From: Trichosphaerium sp. ATCC 40318
Lineage: Eukaryota > Protista > Tubulinea
Direction of reading: 5' to 3'
DNA length: 64,000 nucleotides
Assembly: GCA_038496445.1 (NCBI GenBank)
Contig: JALMLS010000321.1
Span: forward strand, 1 to 64,000
The notes under the pieces are model-generated. The model searched no databases and was not told where the DNA came from. It saw nothing but the letters and a program-made list of their open reading frames with translations. Below, one piece after another: positions 11,517 through 23,239 of the stretch. Made by a program: the position numbers and the translations under genes. The stretch's first letter is position 1. Every line of letters starts with the position of its first letter.

Positions 11517-11764
11517 AGAGATTGGCAGGTGTACACACTATCGACTTGAACAGTTGTAATTCAATAACAGATTCAGGTATTGTGGCATTGGCAGGTGTAC
11601 ATGATATTGATTTGAGTCAGTGTATGTTGATTACAGATTCAGGTATCAAAGCACTAAAGGGTGTTCATACCATCGATTTAAGCTACACCAATATTACAGA
11701 TAAAGGTGTTAAATCACTTGCTGGTGTTCATACTATTTATATTCAAGGTACATCAGTTACAGAT

Positions 11765-13210
11765 TTTTTTTTTTTAGAATAAGAGGCAGCGCGCTAGCGC
11801 CTACTTTATTACATATGGTATTGTTACATTGTGTTGGTTACATTATGTTAATAAACTTAAAAATAAATTTAATGTGCAATAGGTTCCTTCTCAACAGTAT
11901 ACTGACGTAAAACTTAGAAAGAGTCATTAGAAGTAAGTAAAAAGATGTAAGAAAGGAAAAGAAGGGGGGTTGGGGGGGAAGTTTCCCCCCCAAATAAAAA
12001 AAAAAAATCTCTTCAAATTAAAAACCACACTAAGTGCGGTAACTAGGTACAGGGAGCGCAATCGGCTCCAAATTTGCAAAGCAAATTAGGAGGAAACGCG
12101 ACCCCTCAATGTTAATTATATATCGATCCTAATCTATAAACAGGTTTGGAAATTCGTTGTTCATTAGTAGGAGTTAAAAATTTACTTAGAATGATTGTAC
12201 CGTCTGGTAGAATTTGGTCGACTCCACTTCCAATAACAAATGCAGGTGTATTAATCTGTAATCTCCTTAGACTTTTATGTTCTGATATAACCTCTGAATA
12301 GTCCATCTGTACATTACACTTGAATCTATTTGTAGTCCATCTGTTTGTGTCTTCATTTTTGTATATCCAGTTGACATCATTTACAGTTCCATTATATTTC
12401 GCTAGGATCATCCAATTTATAAACTTATATCTAATCTGTTGTCCTGATAACCATTTTCCTGTAGGTACACCATGTTTAATGTCATTCCTAATGATCCAAG
12501 TAATCGCTAGAATTATTCCTATTTCCAAGAGGTGATGAACTGACTTGCAATTCTCTAAAGATGTTTTAAGTGATATACCTGGTTTGCAAAATAATAATAA
12601 ATCAAAAACTACTTCCATTATCTTATTAGGTACCGACCAATCATAAAATATTTCTTCATGTTTCTCTGGAGGAAATGCATCTTTTTTATGTGTTACTGGA
12701 AGACATCTCATAATAAATCTCCATAAAATATCTCTAATATAGCTTACACCTTTAAATTTGTTTAGTAGTTTGAGTATGGTTAAATTAAAAATAAGGTTTT
12801 TTCTAAAGTGGGGTTTTAGACGTGGGATGATTCTTTTTCTTAAGATTGATGTAAAAAATTTCACTTTTCTGAGCGATTGAGCTAAGAGAAAAACCTCCTT
12901 GAGAATGGAAGAGAAAGTTGAGACCAAGACACACAAGAATATTTCTTTTTCTTGTCAAAAACACGAGAAACATCCCACAGGAACCAATTACACATTAATG
13001 AGTTTAGCAGTTGCACTAGGAGGGATTGAGAGGTCTGGTGAAATAGATTAGTTGGGATTGGGCATACGATTTGAAAATATTAATTTTTTGACGAATTGTT
13101 TTACACAAAGGTTTCCACTTTACTAGTTGTACTGTTATCTTCTCTATAGTTCTGTTCCAATCAAAATTCAGTCCATCGTCACTCAAAGTAAAGCCTAGAT
13201 ACCTAATACT
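11765..13210 (-). mobile_element. 5'-truncated non-LTR retrotransposon of a second family, antisense, with 16-17 bp TSD
   Basis: TSD GTACATCAGTTACAGAT at 11748-11764 and 13211-13227; poly(T) to 11775; RT C-terminal remnant IRYLGFTL...KW...KINIFKSYAQSQLIY plus ORF 12112-12936. Confidence 0.9.
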
Positions 13211-14339
13211 GTACATCAGTTACAGATGAAGGTGTCAAAGCATTGCATGGAGTTCACAAGCTTGAAAAATAAAAAATGAATCATTGAATGGATTATGTGA
13301 GCATAAGTGATGACAGATAACATACAAATCGACATTAAATTGACTTAATGTATGTACACAGGGATAGTTGATATTGCTAGCATTTTTTACTTTTTAATCA
13401 GGTAAAACTTTCCTTTGTTAAAAGCCACCAATAAATACTCCAAATTATCACTTTGCGGCATTAGTAGTTTCAGACTAAAGTGAAGCCTCAAATGATAGAT
13501 GAAGTTTCAGAAAGTTATATATTGGCAAGTATCTTTTTTTTGTAACTATTAGTTGTTATCTATTGAACGAAGTCTCTGGCATTGACATGATACTAGTGTC
13601 GAATAAATAACAAGTAGCTCCAACCAGATGGGGTGAGATTAGATTCCATTTTACCCACTCGATTCAGGAACACGTGTTGAAGGCGTCATTGTCAGACCAC
13701 TTTGTTGTTTCATACAACAAACTCAAAGTCGTTTTGATTAAAACCCTTATTTCTCTGAGGTTATGATGAGGTATTGCTCGTGGAAATACGTATTCGATTC
13801 AGAGAAGGCAAAGGAGATGTCAAAAAGAGGCACAAGGTATTTCTTCATTTTTTTGGATTTTTTATTCGTTTTGTCTCGCTGAGTCTTGGAGGAAAAGGAT
13901 GTTGCCCCACATGGCTTATCGCTCACCAAGTGAGTCAAAGCAAGCTGTTATCATTTTCTCAGTTGACTTCGAAAAAAAAACAAGACAAATTCAATCTGTC
14001 ACTTCTCCTCTATTCAGTACGTTCTACATCTCGTAAAGAATCCTATGCAGTCAATAATAACTACTATGGGACGCGTGATCCACATGTATTCTCTCGAAAA
14101 TATCTTTGGTGTTTCTTGGGCTTCAGTTGTTCATTGGAAAGAAGGACAAGATGCCACAATTGATAACGGTAAATGGAGTGTGATCAAAAACTAAACAAAC
14201 AAAAATTGGGAGCCAAGGAAAAGTGGCTTGCAGTTTTTTGGTTTTTTTTGGTTTTTTTGCGTTTTTTTTAGTGCGGGTGATCGAAAGAAAGCTCCGATTT
14301 TTATCCCTTGAGATGTATAAATTCGCACAAAGAATTATT

Positions 14340-15253
14340 ATGGCTAGACGTCTCGCTGAATTATTTGGTACAGAACAAGATAGGTACTCGTTATGCTCAG
14401 ATGTTACAAAAAAGCTCTATGAATATCTACTGACTATTTTTTCGAATAAACACAGGGTGAACTGTCCTTTCCATTGGAAGATTGGATCTTGCAGATACGG
14501 TAATCTATGTACTAGGCTACACTGTAAGCCAAACGAGAGTCAGACGATACTGTTTCATCGATTGTACGAGAAGGAGCAAAGAAACTTCGGGGAGAAGTAA
14601 AAACTCTTTTTTTTTTTCCTCTTTTCAACAACTCACGTGCTATATACTTGTTTTAGGTTCTAATTTCTATTGTTTACTGAAGATATATTGATCAATATGA
14701 TCAATATGATTCTACAAATGGAAGGCCGTTATTTGATGAGGAATCCTCGCAAAAAGCGTTTGAACAGTTTTACATTGATATCTTTTCTGAGTTTGTGCAA
14801 TACGGACGCATTCTGGAACTTGTATGCTGTGCCAATATTTGTGACCACCACGTTGGTAATGTTTACGTAAAGTTCGAAAACGAAGAAGATGCTGCTGCAT
14901 TACTAGAAGCAAAGCAAGGATCGTTTTACAATGGTAACGTGTTTTGTGGTTTTTTTTTGGATGTTGTACAACAAAATTTCTAACACGTGCTTTATAGGAA
15001 ACGTTATAGTGGGTGAGCTATCTCCAGTTACTAATTTTAACGATGCCACTTGTAGACAATACATTGAGGGTAAGTAAATGATACATTGAACAAAAGTTGC
15101 TAATGGACCACAGGTAAATGCGTAAGAGGTGGATATTGTAATTTCGTACATGAGAGACTCATTCATCCTAAATTGGAGAGATTACTATACTCAATGCAGG
15201 ACAAACTATGGCGTAGAAGAGATGACAAGTCTAATGAAATGCAGGTCGCTTAG
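14340..15253 (+). CDS. U2AF1: U2AF small subunit (U2AF35) family protein, divergent, no RS tail; multi-exon
   Basis: [37 protein letters not shown] (ZnF1), UHM DHHVGNVYVKF, ELSPVTNF..ATCRQY...CVRGGYCNFVH (ZnF2). Confidence 0.88.
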
Positions 15254-15399
15254 ATGAATAGACCAAACTCGACCTTGCAACACCTGTACTTGCCATGACA
15301 ATACAAATAAAAGTCTTTTTAGTATTTTGTGTACATCTTAACACCGGTCCTTTGTCGCTCTTAGGCAAAGCAAGTAACCCTAGTCATAGCGTAATCTAG

Positions 15400-17605
15400 C
15401 TTTTTAATTAATGATATGTTACAGTTAAGTTTAGATCAAAGATATTGTAGTCTTAGGCATCACGTCATGGGTAAGTTACATTTTCTCCGCAGAGTTTGTT
15501 TTTGTCTTGCATGCAGTAGGAATTGAAGAGCTGTCAGGTGTTCTTGCGGAAAGATCCTTTTTAATAGAGTTCTTACCAGGGCGCATAAGCCAGAGTTGTA
15601 GCTAGAAAAGATGATCAGTAAGCTTACAATTTTCTTGTTTTTTCTGGAAACTTTTAACGTACTAAGTCCAACATTGTGCTCCACATGAAGTATGTGTACC
15701 ATACTATAGCATAAGATGAGGGTTTATCTGTACCACTCAATAATACGACGACAATATACACAATAAGTACAAATAAAGAAGCAGTAAGAGCACTTGTACG
15801 CCAAAACACCTGGAAGGAAAAAAATAAATAACGTTCGTTTTGTATTGTTTTGTCTTTGTCTTTCGTTAACAACGTACCCTACTTGCTTTTCGTAAAACTG
15901 ATCTACGTTCTTTTTTCTGATATATTATCTTAATAGACATAGCCATGATACAAAAGCAGTAAATAAAAGCAACAACAGTCATAATTATCTATTCGAAAAA
16001 GTCAACGTTAGTATGCTTTTTCTTTTTTTTTCTGAGTTTGGTTTTAACGTACTTCTATAAACGAAGCTAGTGTTCTAAAAGCAGGAACAGCTTTTATAAG
16101 ATCTCCTAATCCTTGTAGAAGAATGGCTACAAATTTTATAAAGATTACTGTGTAAATGATGTATTGTGTTATTGTTAGGACATATTTCACTTGTATGCTC
16201 TGAACAAGAATACGGTGCCTATTTTTACGTTATTGTAATGATAATATATTTAATTAGGTTGAATAATACCAGAATAATCCTATTAATAGAGAGTTCGAGA
16301 TACTAGGCGAGAGTTAAATCGTAAACATACAAAAAAGTAGAAAAAAATGAGAAAAAATGAGATGTGTCAAAACGTGCGTGAATGCAATGCTCAGAGAAAA
16401 AGCAAGTCGGACTATTGGAAATGGATACACTTTATGATATCCCATAGGGTCAACAGCTATAGAAAAATAAGATTAGTGGCTTCTAAAGGGCGTAGCAACT
16501 ACTCACCATGTAGAACTAATCTACAAAGTATAGATGATATTTCAAGCCAAATACTAACTGTGGGTATGCTTATAGAAAAACAAGTTCCGTTTCTTGATGC
16601 GTTTGTGTGTAGCCTAATATAGTTAGAATTGTAAAAGTAAACTTATTTTTAATCACGTGCCTTAGAAGAGCTACACCAAGAACAAAAAAATTTAGAAACG
16701 TGATGGAAATTTGCCAAACAACAAATTTCTCAAAAAGTTCCTCCCAATCATTCTCATCAGCATCTGCATCTACAATCTTTCCATTGTGCGGAAACTCATC
16801 AAAATTAATATCATCATCCTTGATTTCTGCCACGGGAATCTAAATTTTTTAATGAGTATCACGTGAAAAATGAAGTCCAAAAAAGGGTAAAAAATACTGT
16901 TCAAAAAAACAATTTGCAAGGTTCAGCGTGTTTTAGTAATACTCTTTCTGCCCTGAGTCCCAAGGTACAGTATGCCCTCAACTCTGTGAGCGAGAAATTA
17001 CTTTATTGATGTTATTGGGGCGAGAAAAAGACCTAAGATTTTCTGTACTTGCTCACTTTTATCCAAGTGCCATGTCTTTTTATGAAAATATTCGAAAATA
17101 AAATTAAAAAAATCACTAAAATAGGTAGTCCGAACCGCACTTTTATTTCTTCCGCTCCAGAGAAAAGTATATATTCACCACGACCGGGATTACTTGCTCT
17201 AATAAATACCCCTAAAGCTCCTTTGTCTTGAAAATCAATTATAACGCGTTCTTGTGGTATAGGACGTTCTTTAATGAGCACCAAGTTGCCTATTCAAAAA
17301 AGTTAAAACCATCAAACGGTTTTAAAGAATGAAAATATTAAAACGTCATGTAGTAATACATTACGACGCGAAGAGGCATGTTGTTAAAAAAAGAGTTGAG
17401 TTTTAAGATTGATCTTGCCTGTTATGTTATTAGATGTCTCTGGAACAAGTAAAGCCTGTTTAAACTCCCATTCAGCTTCGTTAGAAGGAAATTGAAGAGG
17501 AATAAGACTCATTTCGGTTGTTTCAACATTGTCGTATACTATAAGTTCCCCATAGGCTCCAAATGCCATGAGCATAACAACCACGTTGAAGAGGATACGA
17601 AGCAT
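15400..17605 (-). CDS. Signal peptide + PA-like extracellular domain + multi-pass membrane protein; 3' end approximate
   Basis: MLRILFNVVVMLMAFGAYG signal; NLVLIKE...FQDKGALGVFI...IPVAEI (PA-like); ENDWEELF followed by several hydrophobic helices. Confidence 0.6.
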
Positions 17606-17829
17606 GTTTAATCGTATGAAAAAGCGATAAATGGCACGTGATAGTACTTCTTTTCAATCAAATTGGTTCCGGAGCAGAATGCTGTTAGTATACACAAGAA
17701 AAAAGCCGGGGCTCTAAAATGTGTGTTCTTAGCCTAGTGAAGTTTGAGTTAGCTGGTTGAGGTCTCCACCTTTTTTGCTTGTTCACTTATTTGGCCAGCT
17801 AAGGCATAAATGGTAAATTGAAATAATCA

Positions 17830-19045
17830 AGGATGCAGTATGTGTGTGGACAGATGGGTCACGTATTCGTATAGCAGCTAGCAATAATGCTGGTGTTGGA
17901 GTTTTTTTCGGCGAAAACAATAGGTGTAATGTCGCATGCAGAGCGGTTACTAAACAAGATATTGACGCTGCTGAATTGGAAGCAGCTATCATAGCTATCA
18001 AAGTTGTGCCTGCGTATCATAAGGTTAGAATAATCACTGACTCCACATATGTAATCAAGGTTGCTACTGCAGATAAAGTGTGTCCGTTTTCGCCTAACGC
18101 AACTATTGTACAAGAACTTCGTGAAGCGATTAGTAATAGGCGTACTGAAGGAGGTATTGTGTCATGGCACAAAGTGCCTAGCCATTATGACAACAAGGTT
18201 AGAGCTTACAAAAGACGACCTAAAAAAATGAAGGCTTTACGTAAAGAAATGACAGAGCTGTAATATACGTAAGTATATAGATACCAAGCACAAAGAGAGT
18301 GCTACAGCTGAAATAGTTAAGCGTAGGCCTATCATGTGTGCAGTGGATATGGTATTGTCTACAATCAATGGCGGTGTAGCGGATTATTCTATGTCTAAAC
18401 ATGGTTTTGTTTAAAGCTAGAAACAATAAATTGTGCAGTCGTAGTATGATGCATAATCGAATTCGTCCTGGATGGAAAGGAGTTGATCCTAATAAGTACT
18501 CTGATGGTGTATGTGTCTTCTGTCCCTCTGAGGAAACCACTATGCATATTCTAGCGGACTGTGTTGAGCATGAACACATATGTGTACACAACGCTAAGCG
18601 TATTAAAAAGGTTATGGAAGCTAATCTTCCTGGAGTTAAGTACAAGAGGTTTTGGCCGTCCTCTAATGATCATGCCAGCTTTAAAGCTAGGCATGCACCT
18701 TCCGCTGAAGTGCGGGTGTTGGGTGCAAAGGCGTATATACCCGCTGGTCTCTCTGATAGCATTGTTGAGCAAGGTTTTAAAAAGAAAATAGTGACCAAAA
18801 CACTTAAAGAAGTGCAACACATTTTGGTTAACAACACGCATGATATATATATCAAGGTGTAAAAAGCGCGAGAGGAATGGTGGAAGTATAGCAATAGTGA
18901 ATATGTTGAATGTCCTGAATTGGACAGCATATATAGAAGGTTTGTAGAACCGCCTATTAAATAATTTATTAATTATAATTATACCGTCCTGGGGTGAATT
19001 TCGATCCATGGCATAAACTAAAGAAAAATAAAATAACAATTGTAC
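17830..19045 (+). mobile_element. Degenerate 3' fragment of an RNase H-containing non-LTR retrotransposon
   Basis: RNase H motifs WTDGS, AELEA, ITDS, WHKVPSH, then zf-RVT-like CVFCPSEETTMHILADC. Intronless, broken frame, A-rich end, no TSD found. Confidence 0.75.
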
Positions 19046-19213
19046 AGTTTTTTTTTTACAACACTGAATTTAACAACCGTCACTTCATAAGCCAGCCAGT
19101 GTTTAATTTTTTGTTGTAACAAGGCGACTCACGTGCTACCAAAAGTGCTGTGTGCGGTGTGTTCACCTGCATTCAGGTAAGGATTCAAAAATGTGTTCTT
19201 TCATGTGAAGTTG

Positions 19214-19516
19214 ACCAGCTTTTCTCATCAAGCTAACATCATTAACTTTATGGATCTCTTGTGACATTTCACAGAAGATCCGGGCAAAAGATTAAAGCCA
19301 TTGCATTCTGTAATGTCCTTCCTCGACAGCAACGTTAAAGAGTTGGGCATATGGGTGACCGCTTTGACATAAATTGTATTTCATTAAACTCACTGTTTCA
19401 CGTGATTTTTTTAAACGGCGGTTTCAAACGTTTTGTTTTGGACCTACCAGCTTTTCTAATCAAGCTAACATCATTAACTTTATGGATCTCTTGTGACATT
19501 TCACAAAAGATCCGGG
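19214..19516 (+). repeat. About 70-bp direct repeat (19214-19283 and 19446-19516)
   Basis: accagcttttct(c/a)atcaagctaacatcattaactttatggatctcttgtgacatttcaca(g/a)aagatccggg occurs twice. Confidence 0.8.
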
Positions 19517-19993
19517 GTAAAGTTTATGGGTTTTTACTGTTCTCATTCTTTTCCCTATGTACCCAATACAGATGAGGATGAATAACAGATTGACTAACTT
19601 CTGATTGGAACAAACTGTATTTTGCCAAATCATTTAATGTAATACGGCGAGAGCAGCTTTATAAAGTATTTATTACGTCGGGTCAACCCGTAAACATGAA
19701 AATAGGGCGCGACAGATTGTTGGGTTTTAGGACTGAGTTTACTAAATTATTTAAAGCCAATTGTACAGCTCTTTAAAAAGTGACTATGATCACACCAAAA
19801 AGGGTACCGATAATCTGAGTTTACCCTTTGAAGTCATCAATTTGTTTAAGAATCCCTGCTAAACGCTTATTCCAATGAAGCTACTTGGGTCAAAAAGCGT
19901 GTCTAATGTGCGAAAATACTTTAATAAATGTGCTTCTTTTTGGCGTTAAGTACTACCACCGTGGCTAAAACATGCCAATTCTAAAGCTAACAC

Positions 19994-20546
19994 ATGATGA
20001 CCGCATCTACTCTCTTTATAGTATTGTTAGGATTAATTGCTACATCTCTAGCTGATAAAAAACAAGTTCCAGTGCCACCAATACCTCCACTACCAAACAA
20101 CTTTCCAATACCTCCTTTACCAACCACAGGCTCCATTCCGATACCGCCAATACCAGGGAACTTTCCAATACCACCAATACCAAATACAGGAAACATTCCA
20201 ATACCACCAATACCAAACACAGGAAACATTCCAATACCACCACCAATACCAAATACAGGAAACATTCCAATACCACCAATACCTCCAGTACCACCTGTAC
20301 CAGTCATCCCAACGCCACCAATACCACCTGTACCACCTGTACCAGGAAACGTCCCAATACCACCTATTCCAGGTAACGTGCCAACTACGCCACCACCTAC
20401 TGTAACACCTGCTTCAGTTGTACGTTTTTTTCTCTTTTTTTTTTTTGGCCGTTTCGATTTCGAAACGCTAACTTCTTTTTTAGGCATCACAGCTCTATTT
20501 TTCTGCACTTGTACTTGTTGCTTTGTGTATTGCGCAGCTCTTGTAA
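19994..20546 (+). CDS. Secreted, probably GPI-anchored Pro/Ile-rich repeat surface protein (intron 20420-20483)
   Basis: Signal peptide; repeats PIPPIPNTGNI; the spliced C-terminus ASQLYFSALVLVALCIAQLL* resembles a GPI signal; branch point GCTAAC at 20467. Confidence 0.75.
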
Positions 20547-20609
20547 CACAATAAACTTCATAATTTTTCAAATAGTAAATCACGTGGTAATAATTTGAGA
20601 TTTAGTGAT

Positions 20610-21365
20610 TATTGTCTGTTTCATTCAAGTTTTACTAATATTTTCTAGAAAGTGAGTTTTTAGCACTTTTAGCAGATCTAGCAAGATCTGACACTTCTGT
20701 CAAATGGTGTAGATCTATCACAATGTGAACTATTTGTGTTACAATGTTGTCCTTCATTGTATGACTTGGGTACCTTACGGTAAGTGATAGCAAAATTATC
20801 AATGTAAGTTTCAACAGACCATGGAAGATGATCGCAGTATTTTACCTACGCAAACTGTACACGGTACACCACAGTGTTCATGCGCTAAAAGCGAATTAAA
20901 AAGGCATGATGTCCTACAAAGCTATCGCATTACCGCCAAACACGGTATGAATGCCTCAAACACTGTTTGCTTTATGTTTTGCTTCAAAAAATCAACGTAC
21001 GTGTATAACTTACTAGCGCTACGCTAGCGCCTACCCCATGCTAACAAAAGTGCTATGGCTGCATCCAAATAGAAAGGCAATGTAATAACGTTAAAACCTC
21101 CCAAAACACCACCAGCGTTGCTGTAGGCTTTGTAAACGCCACCAGGCGTCAAATATGTAAATAAAATTTTTTGCTATGGGTTTGTTAAATCACGTGGGTT
21201 TGAAATGGTTGGATCACTCGACAGGCGTGAGGGTAGCTCGCATTTAAAAAATGACAATTTGCAAGATCTGTCAGAAGTGTCAAATCCGTCAGATCTGACA
21301 GATAGGCAGAAACTGGATTTTTTTTGCTAAAAGTCAGTCTCAAAACTTGAATGAAACAGAATAAG
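20610..21365. mobile_element. Degenerate non-autonomous element with inverted ends
   Basis: ctgtttcattcaagtttt and gacacttctg (20615-20700) recur inverted at about 21270-21360; part of the element has a second copy at 36468-36765. Confidence 0.55.
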
Positions 21366-21699
21366 ACTCTCACTGCATTAGTGTATTTTTCGTGTAACTT
21401 GGTAGTTGTAACAATAAGAGCCTGAAATAAGTAGCCTATAACGACAGCCATACAAAATAAATAAACTGTTGTCACAGGAGCCCTTAGCTATGAAGTTGGG
21501 ATTTTATAAGTAGATGACTGATGGGGTGAGGTAGAAAGTATAAGTCGTTATCCACTCACAAGAACAAAGTAAACATATGTTATTCCAGCGTTTACACAAA
21601 GATCCACGTGTAGAAATAAAAATAATAAAAAAAGGGACCACATTTTAGAATATTCCAGTAATCGACATATTTATAACCATTCCATCACCAGTGGAAAGA

Positions 21700-23000
21700 T
21701 CCTTGATAAAAGTTAATTACAACACCAATATTGTCTAAGAAATATAGAAAGAAGATTGAAAAAAAAAAAGTTGTTGGAGTTTGATTGTAAACGGTCCAAA
21801 GGCCCTTATCTATTGACCTCACTGTGTGCAAACAAGGTGTACATTCGTGGCAGGAACCATTCGAAAACAACATAACCCAGATGAAACTATTTCTTTTTAG
21901 TATTCATTTACCTCTCCATGGTCAATCGATTCCATCAAAGGTTCCCTTGCTTCATCGCCCTCGAATTCCAGTTTAATTCCATGCAGTGCAAGCGTGAACT
22001 CTTTACTTTGTTCTCCGCGATTGTACAGGACGTTGTTATCAATATCTTGAGGCTTTATAGTGTAACTTGATAGCAGGATAACCTTCCTGAGAGCTCTCGG
22101 ATCGATGAATGAACGCGAAAAAAAACATCACAGTTTTTAGTAAGGAACATTTGGATTGCCTTAAGCTGGTTCGGCGGCATACCCTCACCTGTATTTTGAT
22201 ATACTCTAAAAGGAGATGCACTGTGATAATCGATATGATCTACTGAGACTAAAAACAAGGTGAGCACGAAAAAACGACATCAAGGGTAAACAAAGCACTA
22301 ACCCGTAAGAACATCAGTCTCGTTCAAAATCTTATCTTGAAGGATCTCTTCTAGAACGTCATCAAGTGTCACTATACCAATAGCACCAGTAACAGGTATC
22401 TCTCCACTCTATATGCACGATGGAGTTTAGCACTAGCAAACAGTGATTGTCGGCAATGGGGCAGCACAGTTTCTGTGTAATTTGTACAATTTGTACAACT
22501 TGCCAAATTGCTACCTAAAATTACAGAATTTGCGAAAATACCTAAATTTACAAGGTAGAAAATAAATTGGCAGCACTGGCAATACCTTTTCTCACCACTG
22601 CATTAACGAAATAATTTCTTACTACTTCACAGTACTCTATAGTATATTGTATACTCTGAGGTACAATCAATAGTACAACAGTGATTGCAGTGATGAGAAA
22701 TAGCATTGTAAAGGTTCCATAAAATGCAGTAAAAGTAGCAAATTGCCATATTGCGAATTTCTACAATTTCTGCAATTATTTTGACAAATTGTAAACTTTG
22801 TGCAAAAACTGTGCTGGCCCACTTACCATTTCGTTTTGAGTGACGATAGCAAAGTGAGATGCACCTGTTTTGAACTTTACCAATAATCTTTCTAGATTAT
22901 TACCAGCTCTCTCGCTGGCAAAATGAACTTCTTGTTATTAATAAACATGCCGAATGGCTACAATAACTATACTATTGTCACGAATTGACATTTTTTAAAA
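21700..23000 (-). CDS. CNNM/ACDP-like cytosolic region (CBS + CNBH-like); no transmembrane DUF21 seen; partial gene or pseudogene; limits approximate
   Basis: Exons LLVKFKTGASHFAIV / AIGIVTLDDVLEEILQDKILNETD / LKAIQMFLTKNCDVF..VLYNRGEQSKEFTLALHG match the CNNM pattern; frameshift in the A8 run at 22118-22125. Confidence 0.65.
22458..22820. mobile_element. Fold-back MITE-like element (about 360 bp) inside an intron of the CNNM-like gene
   Basis: Left end GGGGCAGCACAGTTTCTG, right end CAAAAACTGTGCTGGCCC; imperfect inverted symmetry continues inward (tttctcaccactgca vs tgcagtgatgagaaa). Confidence 0.7.
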
Positions 23001-23239
23001 GAGTGCACACGAAGTATCTCGCAACCATAAAAGGAAAATGTTTGGAAAAATAAGAAACAATTTCCAACTTTGTTATTCTCAACAGATTTCACGATGTTTC
23101 TCGGAAGATTTGATGATGCTTTTGTCAATCTAGGACTTGCTCTGTAAGCCAACCGCCCCAAACATTCGAATTTGTAGGCTTAAGATACACACGTTAACTT
23201 AAAGTCGTCACTACCTTTTTTAGGAAAGTTGAAAGCCAA

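Larger units (their letters stand above)
6469..13272 (+). pseudogene. Intronless F-box + LRR (GVHTIDL-type) gene split into three pieces (6469-7038, 11512-11764, 13211-13272) by two retrotransposons
   Basis: ELTALPTEIIVLIL is F-box-like; repeats LAGVHTIDLSYTNITDKGVKSL. The reading frame continues across both TSDs to TAA 13270-13272. Additional frameshifts near 6560 and 6785. Confidence 0.85.

Noticed and set aside
4975-11782. Diversity-generating retroelement (RT next to variable repeat genes)
   Set aside because: The RT is an APE-type non-LTR ORF2 with poly(A) and TSD; no template/variable repeat pair with adenine-specific differences was seen.
13300-14200. ORFs 13747-13938 and 13774-14163
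   Set aside because: No recognisable motif and no consistent exon chain; a small gene cannot be excluded.
19987-20583. Gly-rich 198-aa ORF on the minus strand (likewise 25046-25390 and poly-Q 24988-25233)
   Set aside because: Antisense or off-frame translations of Pro/Thr-rich repeats of the real genes.
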